A DNA stretch of 64,000 nucleotides from Tubulanus polymorphus. Its lineage: Eukaryota > Animalia > Nemertea. This document shows, piece by piece, positions 13,134 through 27,456 of this stretch; the first letter of the stretch is position 1; each line of letters begins with the position of its first letter. The stretch covers positions 1,302,001 to 1,366,000 of the forward strand of contig NC_134029.1 of the NCBI RefSeq assembly GCF_964204645.1, written 5' to 3'. Both the position numbers and the translations under genes were made by a program. Below the pieces are notes generated by a model. That model was not told the origin of the DNA and made no database searches. It saw nothing but the letters and a program-made list of their open reading frames with translations.

Positions 13134-16100
13134 ATGCGAGGGATGAATGCGATAACTTCGCCGATGAGCATTTATGCAACTGTACTCGTTGTTCTGCTGT
13201 CCATATTCAGAGGTAGGTAAAACATAGAATAATAGTAAATATCTTATGAAATATAGAAACTCCACTCCTGATATCCGAGTTGGATCTGGTTTGGTAGATT
13301 ACGCTCGAGTCTCATCGTTTGGGGCCGTAAACATCTGACTAGAACTATGCGAGTTGGATGTTTCCCGTTTATAAAGGGCCACAGAAATATCTCAAAATAC
13401 ATTCGAGTTAAACAGTTATATCCGAATTGGACTCGAGCGGAGTCTACTTTATCGGTTTAACTCGAAACAATTCAACTACATTTGATCTGGACTTGATGAT
13501 GAAAAATACTAGATACAAACTTCTCAAAGCTTCGTGAAAACTTCCCAAGAAAAGATGAATGTCGGCTCTTTCTGTGTAGTGTTTATCGTACTGAATTAGA
13601 TAAATTTATTGCCAACAACGTTTCATGCGGATTCTACTCATAAAACCTCATAATATCACAGGATTATTGAATTCCAGTGATTTACAAAGATACGTGTCTC
13701 GAATGGATGATTCGGTGGATTTGTAGTCTACCCCGGCGGGGTCGTCGTCGGAAAACGAGACGTATTCTTCGGCAAATATTTGATTTATCTTAATGTGAAT
13801 ATTGGCTCAATTATCTTCAGACAATATTTACAACTTATGAAGATATATCATCCCGAGCGCAAACGAGTAGCAGAGAAAATTGCGAAATGAATCGACGAAT
13901 GCAAAGAATGTACGATTCATTCGCTTTTTATCATTTTGCCGATATTCGTTTCATGCGGATGGAGGAGAAATGTATAATTTCGGGGTTACTGCGCAATGTA
14001 ATGTATATCAGTCGTGTGACTCAGAATTCACCGAGTTTAGGCCTATACTACCACGTCGAGCGATCTCTGTTACTGCGCGTCTCCCGGGAGAAGTTTACAT
14101 GCAATGAACGAGGAAAGGTTGACTGAATACCGCGCAAATAAACTACCATTGACAAGCGATATGACAAATAGCTAACTGAGTTTCATCGATTTACATTTGC
14201 CGTCTCTGAAATTCATGTTTATCTAAATGCTCATTGCAGCAGTTCGCGTCTGTGACTAGCTAATTTTCATATCCAATTATGCGACGAAGAAAATGCTGGT
14301 GCTCTGTAACAGCTTTTAGATATTTCCAGCTCCGGCACAGATCATGCAACCAGTTTTCTAGGAAATTCCAGGATCCTGTTCCTCTGTTGCGAGTTAAAAA
14401 TTATACTCTGAACTGAGGCTCCAGTGAGGATAAAGAGAGCCAGCCTTGTACGTAGAACTGGAGCCAGGAAACTACAATATATGTGATCACTTTATTGTTA
14501 TAATCTATGTGTGCTTTCGTTTACCCTCTGAGACCATTTTAATACGTCGAGGTTTGATGACTGACCGAGTTGGGCAAGGAAATAATAGAAATGAGTCGAA
14601 TGCAAGGGTGGGACGGGTAAGATTACGATTGGTGCAGCTTTCGTAGCGTCGAGTCGCAAATGCGAGGCGTGGATTTTTTGAAGATTTGCTCCTAAAAACG
14701 TTGATAGAATATTTCGGGGTAATTGTCCCGTCGTTGAAGGGATCTCTGAGCAGCTATATAAACTATTGGTTCGGTCATGGCTGCAGCTACCGGACCGGCT
14801 TCAAGGATATGTTTGTTGAAGGCGTTCATAAACGCATTTAATCAGAATTGACAGTCTAAGTTCACTTTCAATAATTTCAACCGCGCTCAACGTTTGAACT
14901 GCACATAAACCGAAATAAGCTGAGAAAAGATGAATACGAATGAAAATGAATTTCAAATTTCATTTAAATGTAAATTTACCAATAAAGCTTTGTGCAACCA
15001 TCACTAACACGATCTATGAGCGAATGACATTTTATTGACTGATAGTTCATTAGTCGTTCCTTCATAGCTGAAATACCATGCGCAGGAATCAAATAAAGAC
15101 CGAAAAATCATTAATTTCTTTTCTGCTGATTTCTATGTATCGGCATTGGGGATAAATCGGTGAACGAATTCTGCTGGTATTAGGCTAGTTGAGTAACCCT
15201 CGACCCATTTCATCCCGGCGTCAGATTCCCGAATATCGATATCTGAAAGTTTTGATGATTAACCGAAGACTTCTTCAGAGTCATCTTGTTCGGCGCACAG
15301 TGAAGTGCTAGTAAAGAACTACCTAGCGACGATATAATGTATTCATTCAGTGTTTAATGAAACAGTTTATATTCCGGTGAGCGCGCCCTAGCCGAGACAT
15401 CAGTAATACTAGCGAGCTCGTAGTCTTATAGGAAATCGAAAGCAAGACGAGACGATGAATACATTTTTGTAGAAGATGAAGCATCGCTTGAGCTCAACGG
15501 ATAGAGACAGTGGAGAGGGAGACAAACAATGAGCAAAATGAATTAATGATTTTATACGACGATTTAATCGGTTTTAGTGATTAAAGCGCGCAGTCTGTTC
15601 AATCGATGCGGATGATTAATAGTTTTATGAAATGACTTCGTGTATAGAGTCTGATCTTTCGTATATCGAATCCCTTATACATTCGATAATTATCCAATCT
15701 TCAACCTATCGATCTGAATGTATCACCGGAGGCTCATCGCTCGAGGAAATACTAAAAACATCATTCATATAGAAACGTTATTATACCGAACCGTGATTAC
15801 AAAAATGGTACATTATAGAATTACCCTAGAAACGTTATTCGAAGAAACGTTATTACCAAACCGCAAGAAAGATTGTACGCAGAGTGTTCATGAAATATGC
15901 AAAGCTATTTGACGTATAACTACAGTAATTGGTGTTAATGTATTGAAGATATGGAAACAGTTTCTAGTACAGAGCTCTGGAGAAGCACTGGTCTGCTGCT
16001 GACGAGTGATTATAATTAGTTTCCTAATCCTCGCACTGACAGACGAGAGAGAAATGATCGATCGAGTTGAAGTGTAAGATATCAGAGAGAGAGAGAGAGA

Positions 16101-19100
16101 GAGGGGGAGGGAGAGAGGAGAGAGAAAGGATATATACTTCTAGCATCTCCCTTCTCCATCCTCCCCCACTCTCTTTGATTCGCATTTTACACCAAAATCC
16201 CTACGAATGATTCTCAAATATTAAAGGTTAAAGTTATTCTCAAATATCTCAGATATAAATGATTCCTTAAATTTTCTGAATGCTACGCTTTTTCAACAAC
16301 AAAATGCACGACAAAACCTTAAATGTTAACCAGATTATTGTGCATAAAACTGTTGGGAAAAATATGTGCCTACGATATTTGTAAAATATAATTTTATGAA
16401 AAGATATTTGAAAAAACATAATACCCATATTCTATATACATGCGAATATATTTTACCCAAAATACATGCATTTCTGATTTTACTAATAAATAGATTTTTT
16501 GAGTGTCGGTTTTAGTGGTGTTGAATATGCTTTTGAATTTCTTGTATTTCTAGAGTGCCATTGTAATCCACATGCTAAGAGACTTTACGATGATCTGTTG
16601 AAGAGTAGCGGGTATAACAAACTGATCAGACCAGTCGGCAATAACACTGATAAACTTACTGTTTATCTCAACCTGAAAATATCTCAGTTAATCGATGTGG
16701 TAAGATGAATTCTTCATTATCCAGTGTTTTTAGTAGAATAACATTGAGCCGGCCCTTTTAATACTGACTTTTTGAAAATTTTAGAGGGTCTCATTCGTAA
16801 CCCCCCCCCCCCTCGGCACGGGCCTGCGAAATGATCAATGAATGCGTATTTACGATTGAATCGTGTTATTTCAGAAGTATTTACCCTATTCACGATATAA
16901 CCCACGCCTCGTTAAGTCTTATGAATTGAGATATAAATCGCAAATTGAAAACTGATTTATTCTCAAGAGCTTTCGATTCGCCAGTCACAATAACCGCTTA
17001 TTTAATGAATATTCCATGTTAGATGATTGAACATCGTCGTATAACCCTGTAAGCTATGTGGTCTGAGTAGTAAACACGGAGGCTAACAGCCGCAATTACA
17101 ACGATGCTAATTAAAATTCATTAGTTTACACAAGAATGCATCGAGGCCTCTCGTAGAATTTCCCGCTCTCAATTAGCTCGTCGCCGATGGCTACGTCAGC
17201 CCCGGTCAGACATATTTGAATTACTGCCTGACTTCTAAACTTAGGAATTAATGATTCAGCGAAGCAAACTGCCCGTAGCTTAAAACTAACCCCTCGTCGA
17301 TAGATCTTAAAATGAAGTTTGATCTCTTGTTAGTGACGTTAGTAGCGAAATTCAATAGAGATTTAGTACTTTGATGCTGTGTGTGTGTATTATATCGTAA
17401 TGGCTTAAATGGATCCTTTCATTATGATGAGAGACATCAAAGCGCGACCCAACGACATTTCAGTTCGTGGTCCTAGGTGGTTTCAGCTAACTCACTCTGC
17501 AAGCCAGGGACGCATTCAGAGGAGCGACTTCTAACCATAGTACCGACGGAAAAGGCCACTTCTACAAAGCATAAAAGGAATTAAAATATCATCTAGTCAA
17601 AATACCATCGGGGTCTACGTTACTAATGATATAGCGTAATCTATTCTATCATTATGGAACAAACGTATTACGTACCTTTACTACGACCTATAGATCCTCC
17701 CCTGGCAAGAAAGCCACTGAAGAAACTATGACCAATTTTGATTTCGATTTTGCTATTTTTAGGACGAGAAGAATCAAATCATGACGACTAATGTCTGGCT
17801 GCGGCAGGTGAGTATCGCTATATTTAACGGAACGAGATAATTGAAGTGACCGGCAAGCGAAATATATAGAAGTTTCATGGTTTCAATTTGCGACGAGCAG
17901 GAATCAGAAAATTGAGACGTGATGATGAATAAGAACTGTGGGATTAGGTGTTCTCTGAACGAGCAGGAAATGACATTAATTGCAGCCCTAGAACTTTATC
18001 ACAAGCGACAGAATAACGATTATACACTGTATATATGCATATTGCATCTAATTGCTTCTGCCATCTGACATTTAGAAACAACGTTTCTCAAATTACCACC
18101 TCGCTTCAGATCAGAGGAGCTAAAAACAAATCAAGAGACGATGATTTTTTTTCGCCGAAAACAAGAATAGCAGCGATAACACAGAAAAGGGAGATACCAT
18201 GTTTAATAATGAATTTAATATGATATTCGCTGACGTTAACGCGATTATTCATGAACATGTATCCGTCTGACATTTACAAAAAACTTCTGAAATTACCACC
18301 ACTTCAGAGCTAAACAAGTCAGACTATAAACAAAAATTGAAATGGTGATAACACAGAACAAGAGACACCGTGTTTGATAATTGACGTCAAACATTTCGTT
18401 TTTCGTGTTCAAATTATTAAAACATAAAACATTTCAGGAATGGATGGACTACAAGCTGAAATGGGACCCTACAGAATACGGTGACGTGACGGAATTGTTC
18501 GTGCCGTCGGAAGATATTTGGCTGCCGGATATAGTTATTTACAATAAGTATGTTTGGTCATGGATTGTTTGAATCCTAATGTCTAGGACTACAGGAGGAC
18601 GCCTGTGTCAAAACCCGCCGTTTCATTCCCGGAGGAGTGGTGGCTTTGTAGGGGTCAAATCAACCAGTTAAATCAATAAGATGGGAATATCTGATTCAAA
18701 ATCAAAGACAAGTAGTGCCCTTGTAATATCAAAGAGAGCTCCAAAATGAAAGATATATTTTTCGTACTATTCATGACGCAACGAGTAATTTTGCTGTGTC
18801 TGTGATGTTCTTATCCGGAATCGTCACCAGGGATGACGTAATCCTGGTTATATCTTATTTGCGTATTTGCAATCTGTTTCTATCGCGTAATAAACTAAAG
18901 TTTGTTTGCTGTAGACGACAAACACAGCGCGGCGCAATCGGCTGTCAGTGAACCAGACTGATTGAAAACGGTCTCTTAAAAATCCGCAGCTGCAGAGTGC
19001 TTCAGAAAATAGCACCACCATTAATATAATTGCTCTTTATTGATGACATTTTTCCCGTTGGGTCTTACACAAATCCATTATATCAATGCATTATATTTCC

Positions 19101-20789
19101 CCGTTCTATTTGAGAATTCCCGATGCGTCCCACGTGAAGATAGCGACTTCGGCTCATAAGGCTTTCGATTATATTCCAGCGCTGACGGAAACTACGAAGT
19201 GACGTTGATGACAAAAGCGACGCTGAATTCGGACGGTCGAGTGCAGTGGGATCCACCGGCTATTTATAAAAGTTCTTGTGCCATAAACGTCGAGTTTTTC
19301 CCGTTCGACGAACAGAAATGTAGAATGAAGTTCGGCTCGTGGTCGTACGACGGATTTCAGGTCGATCTAAAACATATACAACAGAAAAGCGGACCTCTAG
19401 ATGTGGAAGGCGAAGTTGTTATTCGAAACGGTGCCGATATGGGAGAATTTTACGAGAGTGTCGAATGGGACATTCTCGACGCTCCGGCAAAACGAAATAT
19501 CAAATATTATCCTTGTTGCGTAGAGCCTTATCCCGATATTACATTCAATGTTACTATGCGTAGAAAAACGCTATTCTACACGGTTAACCTGATCATACCC
19601 TGCGTATCCATCTCATTTTTGACGGTACTCGTATTTTATCTTCCGTCTGACAGTGGCGAGAAGATTACTTTGTGTATTTCAATTCTGATTGCGTTGACTG
19701 TGTTCTTCCTGTTGTTGGCCGAAATCATTCCGCCGACGTCGCTAGTCGTACCGTTGATAGGGAAGTATCTACTGTTCACGATGATATTGGTCACGTTGTC
19801 TATCATCGTGACTGTTATCGTGCTAAACGTACACTATCGGTCGCCATCGACGCACACGATGTCACCCTGGGTGCGCAAAGTGTTTCTGAACATTCTACCC
19901 CGGTTGCTGCTGATGCGGCGCCCGAATCCGGACAATGATAGCTACCCAAAAAATAAAACCCCAGTCGGAAACGGCATTGAAATGAAAGGGTCTTACAGAA
20001 ACATCATAAGCGGTAATGGAGGTATGAATTATGATTTAAACGCTCGTGCGAACCCGATCATGAGAATGCGCAGCGAAGAATATCTACGAGATCCAACCCT
20101 GCGACAGCGTCCTTTCTCTACTCGCATACAGAGGGCGCTTGACGGTGTAGACTTCGTGGCCGAACATTTACGTAATGACTGTGAGGAATCGCAGGTAAGC
20201 GATGTGGGTACGCGTTTTAGAAGTCTCCTGAACCCATTCTATGCAACTTGTAGAATTTCATTTTATTCTCATGGATCCAGTCCCATTGTCAGATGGTTTG
20301 ACTTTAAAGTTTGAAATATAGATGGAGTATTTCTAACTTTTTGATGATGAATAATATCAAAAGTATAATATAAAAATGTGAAAGAAATCCCTTTTCTGTT
20401 ACTTTACTAAAGACTTGTAGAAATGCATTTTATTCACCAGGGTCCAGTTCCACAGATCTGAGTTAAGATTTGACTCTGAGTTAACTCATTGAAAATGAAC
20501 TAATTTTAACTCAGAGTTAACTCTAACTCACAACTGTGGAACTTGATCCAGGATCCGACGAGATTACGTCCTCTGGTCGTTGAACACTTATAGATGAGCT
20601 AATTGCTAATTTCTTTAACGATGAATAAATGTTATTCATATTTAGATAAGAGAGGATTGGAAGTACGTAGCTACAGTAATGGATCGCTTGTTTCTGTGGA
20701 TCTTCACTACGGCTTGTTTGGTCGGTACGTTAGGTATCATCCTACAAGCACCGACATTATACGATAAACGGGTTCCAATACCGAGGTAA
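13134..20789 (+). CDS. Nicotinic acetylcholine receptor alpha subunit, paralog 1 (~512 aa)
   Basis: Exons 13134-13212 (signal-like [26 protein letters not shown]), 16554-16699, 17763-17807, 18438-18547, 19180-20194, 20646-20789; all GT-AG and in phase. Cys-loop [15 protein letters not shown], loop [10 protein letters not shown], loop B WSYDG, loop [10 protein letters not shown] (vicinal Cys = alpha type), GEK cation-filter motif, M1-M4. The first coding exon is less certain and a 7th exon is possible. Confidence 0.93.
20441..20548. mobile_element. Palindromic MITE family A (GGNCCAGTTCCACAG ... CTGTGGAACTNGNTCC)
   Basis: TIRs plus internal symmetry. Degenerate copies at ~4968-5082, ~12505-12577, ~14370-14468, ~24387-24500, ~31118, ~46565-46678, ~48144, ~58170-58193. 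Confidence 0.75.
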
Positions 20790-22348
20790 ACGTCGTTTCA
20801 TCTTTACAAATTACTGACACTAATCTCCGCGTGTTTCGGTGAAGGGATGAAGATGGTTTGCGGTGTCATTTTGATGTATCTGCAGAGCTTAGTTTTACAA
20901 TTCTAATCCTATCTACCATCGAAATACGAGAAACACGTGGATTATATTAGGATTAACTAACCTCTTTATATAAACTAATGGTAATGATTTATTAAATTTT
21001 GGTTTTGGTAATAACTGAACTCACATTATGATTATCACTGAATATTCCCGGGTTGTGGCTTTCCGAGATATCTAAACTAAAAAAAGATTGAGTTCATGTA
21101 CATTAGAAAAAAAACCCAGCTCTACAGGCTCATTTTGTTAGAATTAGTTTACTTCCAATGTTTTTACCCTAGAAACAAATTCTAACCGATAACTATGGAA
21201 CTGGGTTGAAGCGTACTGCAAGAAAATCTAATTCCAAATTTTGAAAAATGAATAATTTAGAATGCAATTATCCGTTAAGGAGTCTGAAATAGCTTAGCTT
21301 TCATTCGACTCTTTGAAAGATTGTGACACTCGCGTTGGTACCTTGTGACTGAGCTCTTTACAAATATTTCATAAAATCTTGCGCGCTCTCTCTCTCTCTC
21401 TCACTTACTGCGGTATATCAGATAAACAATTTCATATCGAGCAAGAGGGAGAGAGAGAGAGAGAGAGCGTATGATATGAGATGAATGTAAATATTGGTTC
21501 ATCTCGGCACTTAGTAACATATCACCACTTTCTCTAAGTCGTATATTGTATCAAGGATATCTAGGGATCGAGGGCAGCTGGTGGTAGCAGTAATTCTTTC
21601 ATTCTCTGTCTCTCCTTCAATCTCTGCGAAAATATATATATGAAAGCTTGATAATGATCTGTTTCGGGAAATGGGCTATTATTTAACCACGAACTTTCCT
21701 CCCTTACAGCATCCATTGAATGAATGATTAGAGATTATACTAACAGATTAACTCTATCACTACGTACATGGTAGGTTTATCTAACACAAACTGACGTTAG
21801 AAAGACTTAATACATATAACTATTTCTGTCCATTCTACACATGCTGTTCGGATGAAACAGAGTTTAAATGCGTTCATGATTCGATCCACACTTAGTTGTC
21901 GGTTTCCATTTCGGTGCCTGTAAATAAGAAATCAAATTTATCTGGAAATGTGTGGATATCGAGTAGAATCTGTTGTCACTTTCGTCACTATAAAATTTGT
22001 TTAGGAATATATGACATTTTCTGCTGAAATTTAGTAAAATTTCTTTCGTCTTAACAAAATGGTTTCGCTTTATTGAAAATAACACACGTCACGCCACTCT
22101 CTAACACCGCTTTTACTAACATACAATTATAACTACTACTATTTCAGAAAACTAACACATCATACAGATTAGCATGCTGCATGCGCGCACGCGCACTGGT
22201 CTAACGGGAACAATCCCTACTTCCGGTAATGGTGGTAAAGTGGTAAAGGTGTTATACGGCAGTAGAAATAGAACTTCGAGACTTCGGGATGAGATTCTAT
22301 TACGTAATGGCAAATTGTTGCTCGTTCTTTTCATCTGACTCTAAATGT

Positions 22349-22382
<34 letters not shown>

Positions 22383-22391
22383 ACAGCAGCA
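22349..22391. repeat. (CAG)n microsatellite
   Basis: Direct read. Other microsatellites: (AG)n ~16085-16128, (GCT)n ~52825-52846, (GCC)n ~55088-55107, (GCT)n ~60838-60868. Confidence 0.9.
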
Positions 22392-23496
22392 GAAAACGTC
22401 AGGATTATTCAGTTAACAGAGATTAACGTATTGTCTGCTGAAAATCAAAACACGTGTTTTTATAAACGCGTTAAAAATGTACATAAAAGTGTTAGTGTAA
22501 ATAATTAATGAATATATGAAGAACGCATTTCAACAGAGAACGAGACAGAATCCAGTTCTACAGTAGTTTGACTCATAGTTGGAGTCATAAATAGTTCATT
22601 GCCAATATTCCAACTCAGAAAAAAAGAGAAAAACAAGTCCGAAAAGGTTTCCTGATGCTTGATTTTTGACGCTTCGACTATATCATTAATAGTCGTCTTC
22701 GGGAATACTCTTTAACTGTGACTTTTCAAACTCGTTTTCTCTATGAGTTTGGAATTGTAAATTTCATTATCGTTTCAACACGGACTCGAGAATGTTTACT
22801 AAATTGTTTTAATCCTGTGCAACTGAATCCTGAATATTCGTTGTACCTTGAGTCGCACAGTTGTGAATTAAGTTCAAAAGTGGTCTTCAATCTTTAGACT
22901 GTTCGTAAGTTGTTAGATTGACTCATACTTGGATTGATCTTAAATCTACCGTAAGCGATGACTGTGCGACTAACCCTAACTTGCTGTAAACAGACGTGAT
23001 TTTAAAGATGGGACTTTTTAAAGAAATTATCAAAAGGACCCATTTATGTCTTTTTATAAGAACTATCTTTTTACTTTTCATATTCTGAAATCATTATGAT
23101 TGTTATCCTGCATCAATTGCTGATCTATTTCAATCAGCATCAAATTGTATAAATCAATTCAAAGTTGTTTTATTTCATATATTGTCTTTTGTTTCTTTTT
23201 ACGATTCGTTGCAGGGGCTCAACAAATGTAGAAAGTTGTTGTACACAAGTGGACTCCGAGGCGGGTGATTGATAGCTATGTCCAACCCCTCCAGCTATCT
23301 ATCAATTCATTATTTTGTCTCCTGTTACTTAAATGTCTTAAGTTCATTTTTTTCTCCGTCCACAACAAAGTTATTAGAATTTCGTTGTTTAAATCAAGCG
23401 AATTAAACTAAACGTGGGAACCCCGGTTGACAATGTTTAGAAATCCAATTCATTTACGTTAAGAGGTATTTGTGAGACGTCACGGCTTGTTATTCA

Positions 23497-23998
23497 GGGG
23501 CCGCAGTTGTTCAAACGTTGGTTGTTAAGCCTAGCGCACATCGACACTGCGATTGGAGACAACTAGTTGCTACCGAACGATTACCCCGCGCACATCGAAG
23601 TCTAGTTACAACCGGTCAGTTGCAGCAACTGCATGGCGCATGTCGATCGTCGAGATCCAGAGCGCGCACATCGACGGATATGACTGCGATTGAGTACAAC
23701 CAGTTGCTCAAAAGTAGAACATGGGCAACTGGCTGGAACTGGAGATAGATCGACGCTTACCAATCGTAAGCTCGCTCACATCGACACATTCAAGCAACTG
23801 ATCGTATCCAGCCAGTTGCTCTCATGCGCTGAAAACTGCCTTGCAACTAGTTGTCTCCAATCGCAGTGTCAATGTGCGCTAGGCTTTAGAGTTAACCAGT
23901 GGATAGTTGACATAATATAACAATTCTAAGTTCACTGTTACTGTGGTATTTATCTGTCGGTTATAATATTCAACCATCCTTTGAGCAACTGCAGCCCC
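23497..23998. mobile_element. Outer MITE interrupted by a second MITE
   Basis: TIRs GGGGCCGCAGTTGTTCAAA / TTTGAGCAACTGCAGCCCC. Confidence 0.7.
23528..23885. mobile_element. Nested MITE, ~43-bp TIRs, TTA target-site duplication (PIF/Harbinger-like)
   Basis: TTA|AGCCTAGCGCACATCGACACTGCGATTGGAGACAACTAGTTGC ... GCAACTAGTTGTCTCCAATCGCAGTGTCAATGTGCGCTAGGCT|TTA; internal GCACATCGA subrepeats. Confidence 0.88.
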
Positions 23999-26900
23999 TT
24001 GGCGGTCAAATGCAAGCGGCTAACTGTAGTACAATTGGCTACCTTTTGACGGTCAGTATGACGCGCGTGAACGATGCTTGTGACGTCACTGCACTGACTT
24101 TTGCCGCTATTTGTATAAAATTGTATATAATACATTGGTTAAAATGCAGAGTGTTTGTTTGTAAAATATTTGTGATCATTTAGAATAATTTGTCGCTATA
24201 TAAATTATATCATAAAATAAAGCAGAGATTTTACGTTAGTTTTCGTTGCTTTTTAAGTCATCACCCGAATAGTGACGACTGTGACAATATTGACTCTTAT
24301 CAGAATAGATCGCTGGATGAAGTGTCGTTCAGAATCCGACCTCGAGATGTCGCTTCATTTCCGAATGTCGGTGAATCGATGTAAGGAACCCGGTTCCACA
24401 GCAGTTCCACGGTTACAATATAGCTCAAATCAAAAGTTATGGATCATTAGTTCATTTGAAATGTTTGAATTTTTTACCGAGGAATGCGGAACTGGATCCA
24501 GTGATAGTTGTAGCTACTAAATAAAGCTTTATTCGCTATTGCATAGTCTAAGATTAAGCCTAAAATTGTATAGATGAAAACTAGACAAACAGATAAAGCT
24601 TTATTTATCGAGAGATATGACGTTCAAAATAGGCCCTAAGTTGTCTTCATGAAACCTGGAAAATCAATCCTCCATAATAGCAACTATATACAGATTGATT
24701 GCCAATAATAATTTGACTAACTGGATATTCAAAACGAAACAATGCTTCTTTTTTACTCATTTGAAATTTCTAATCATCACCACGGGGGGGGATTGAGCTA
24801 ACGTTGTTTTGTGAAAACATCCGCAGCTCTGTTGGCATCGTACAGTCTGACTCGCACATTAGTCACAAAACCAGGAACCAACAGAAAAAAGACATGTTTC
24901 TGTACGACACTAAACAACATAGTGTCAATAACAGGTGGGATCCATGGATCTAAAATAGTGGGAAAACTTCCTAAGGTCTGGTTTTATATTCATTTACATT
25001 GCGTTATATATATAAATATAGCGATTCTAAAACGAAATAACGAGCAATAAATTGTTAGCCGCAAAAACTGGGCTTTCCAGACCTATCCTAAATCCACCTC
25101 TGGATTGCGTCAAATATTTGCAAAACCTGAATTGTTTTTTGTTTCATCTTTTTGTGCGTCAGTGCGCGGCATCCGGCTTTACATATATACAACGTCATTA
25201 TTAGATCTACGGCTGCACGCATGACAGAGGGTGTTCACAGTGGCTTCCGTGATGGTGTCACCAAAATAAACCACTCTCTTCGATTCGATGTCAAACGGGA
25301 AACTATCAGCATCAGCCGAGGAGCTGACAGAGACAGTGTGACTGTGAATAGCGCGAAGCGTCTGAGATTTTAATAAATCCAGTGGACTTTTCTAACTGCA
25401 TAGAGCAGTTGGTTCATAATCAATCGAATCATCTAGCAATGTGTGATTGCATCGGTTTGATTTAAAGACAGTAATGTTTACTATTAGACCCGGTTGTATC
25501 GTGGTGCTCAGTATTACGGTGCAGTGGCGCGAACCAGCAGACGACCGACTACATCCTCGAGGTCTGATGACAACGGATGGATTTATTTAAATACCCAACA
25601 CTCTGTACTGAAAACCGTAAGTATTTATCGAACTAGAACGTTATTCAAGCAGAATGAAAATACCTGATGATTATGAATATGGTTTGTTTAGTCATCGAAT
25701 TCCTAAAATGCTATTTCAACTCTGCTATATCTCGTCTTTACCTGTTTATGTATTTGCTCTTGGTCAACTAAACTATACAGGAACGTCGATGGTGCCATAA
25801 TGTGCGCAAGGTTTTTTCTCAAACTATTGGTGGTGTTTTTTTACATTGTTTGGTGGTCACTCACTTATAAATACTACAAATAATACTGATCTTTCGGACC
25901 TATAGACTTAAACGATTTTTTGAATATTTGAAAATCTGACTTACAACATTTGCTCATACATTTTTGTACCATACGTGCGGTAGTCTCGCGGTCATCTCCG
26001 GCGTCAAAGTATTGTTAGATCAACAAATTTCGAAGCAAAAATTGCCACATTCTCCGGACGAAGATAAAAACAAGATTTCTGAGCTTTCTCAGAATTTCGT
26101 CACAAGAATTTTTTTCTTTTTGAAAAGATTTGTCGATCGTGAAAATGTATTTGATCCTTTGAATACCTGTTTAGCATTGAAAAACATGGAGACGATCTTT
26201 GATATCGAAGTTGACGATACATTACGTAAGTTCAACGAGGCGATTCACCCGTACAGTTTCAATTCACATCAATTCGTTTTGAGGCAAAGATTGAATACGG
26301 AAAATGAATTCACCGCTCGGGAAACATAGCGACATCATTTCTTCATGAAAATTCCCCAGGGCTGAAATTGAATTCCAATGAAATGAACACTAATAACGCA
26401 TTTGCACATGCAGCCATCCATCATAGTGAAATTCTACTAAAATAAATGCGTTAAGTAGCGGAAAATAAACCAGTCAATATTATTGAAGATGCGTTGAAAT
26501 GAGAAGTGTTTTCACAACCATTTTTTCATGTGAGATAGATACATGTCGTGTTTTATACGGGAACTGTACGAATAATTAACTCAAGCACCTCACAACGTAG
26601 TTCAGTTTTTCTATATTTTAATGATTTTGTAACCATATATTCCTCATCGGTTACTGCAGCACCTTCCTTTTTATGGTCCATCGTATTACGCAGTTACGTT
26701 TTGGTTTTTATTTTTTTCGAACCCGATTTTCTTCGAGAACTACAGCTGAATAGCTTCCACGATTGTGAGCTTGAATATAGAGCCGCTAGAGGTAATAGAT
26801 TGAAAATGAACTAATTTAACTATGCGGACATAACGAAAAAATGTGAAACTGGATCCTGATATTGAAAGATATTTGCGATAAAGTTAAAGAGTTTGATAAT

Positions 26901-27456
26901 AAAGGTTTAGATTGTCACATATCACGTACACGGCAAACTTCAAATCCCGCTGATCTGATGAACTCTTCGTCAGGATCAATTCCCAACAGTTAGACGTCGA
27001 TGCAATTAAACCCGGTCCAATAGCGAGCCGATTACTGCGGCATTTCTTGAAATAGAAGTGGTTCGCTTGAATTGAGAACTGAAGTGGTTTCCTGAGCTCT
27101 CAATTTCAGGACCATGTCGCTGTGGCGTCTGGTGGTGAATGGCGGTGTTTACAGACCAAATAATCGTTTACAATCAGAATGCGATATATCATTTATTTGA
27201 ATAGGATCAAAAACGGTCGGGGCGTCAAGCGCTGTAACCCGAACCCCCTCCGTTTCATCCTTAGTAGTCTTTTGATGAAAATGAATAATGTGATTTTTCG
27301 GCGTGCCAAGTATATGAGCTAAAATATGATACCGCATTAGCGGCTCAGATTTGTGTTCACTTCACCGGAAAATTGTATAGATGGGAAATCACAAATCGAG
27401 CGTGCGTTCCTTCATTCAACACGTTAGTGTTTTAAGTAGTAAAATGTCACGACATC

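Noticed and set aside
15951-16019. ATG candidate for the paralog-1 signal exon
   Set aside because: In-frame stop and no donor; 13134-13212 fits phase and hydrophobicity.
18058-18385. Local intronic direct duplications (also ~39050/39205, ~47325/47470, ~56650/56830/57000)
   Set aside because: Ordinary decayed tandem duplications without coding or structural signal.
19339-19938. Overlapping alternate-frame ORFs shared with paralog 2 (39414-40103)
   Set aside because: Their similarity follows from the near-identical nucleotide tracts. The paralog-1 ORFs lack true ATG starts and there is no independent evidence.
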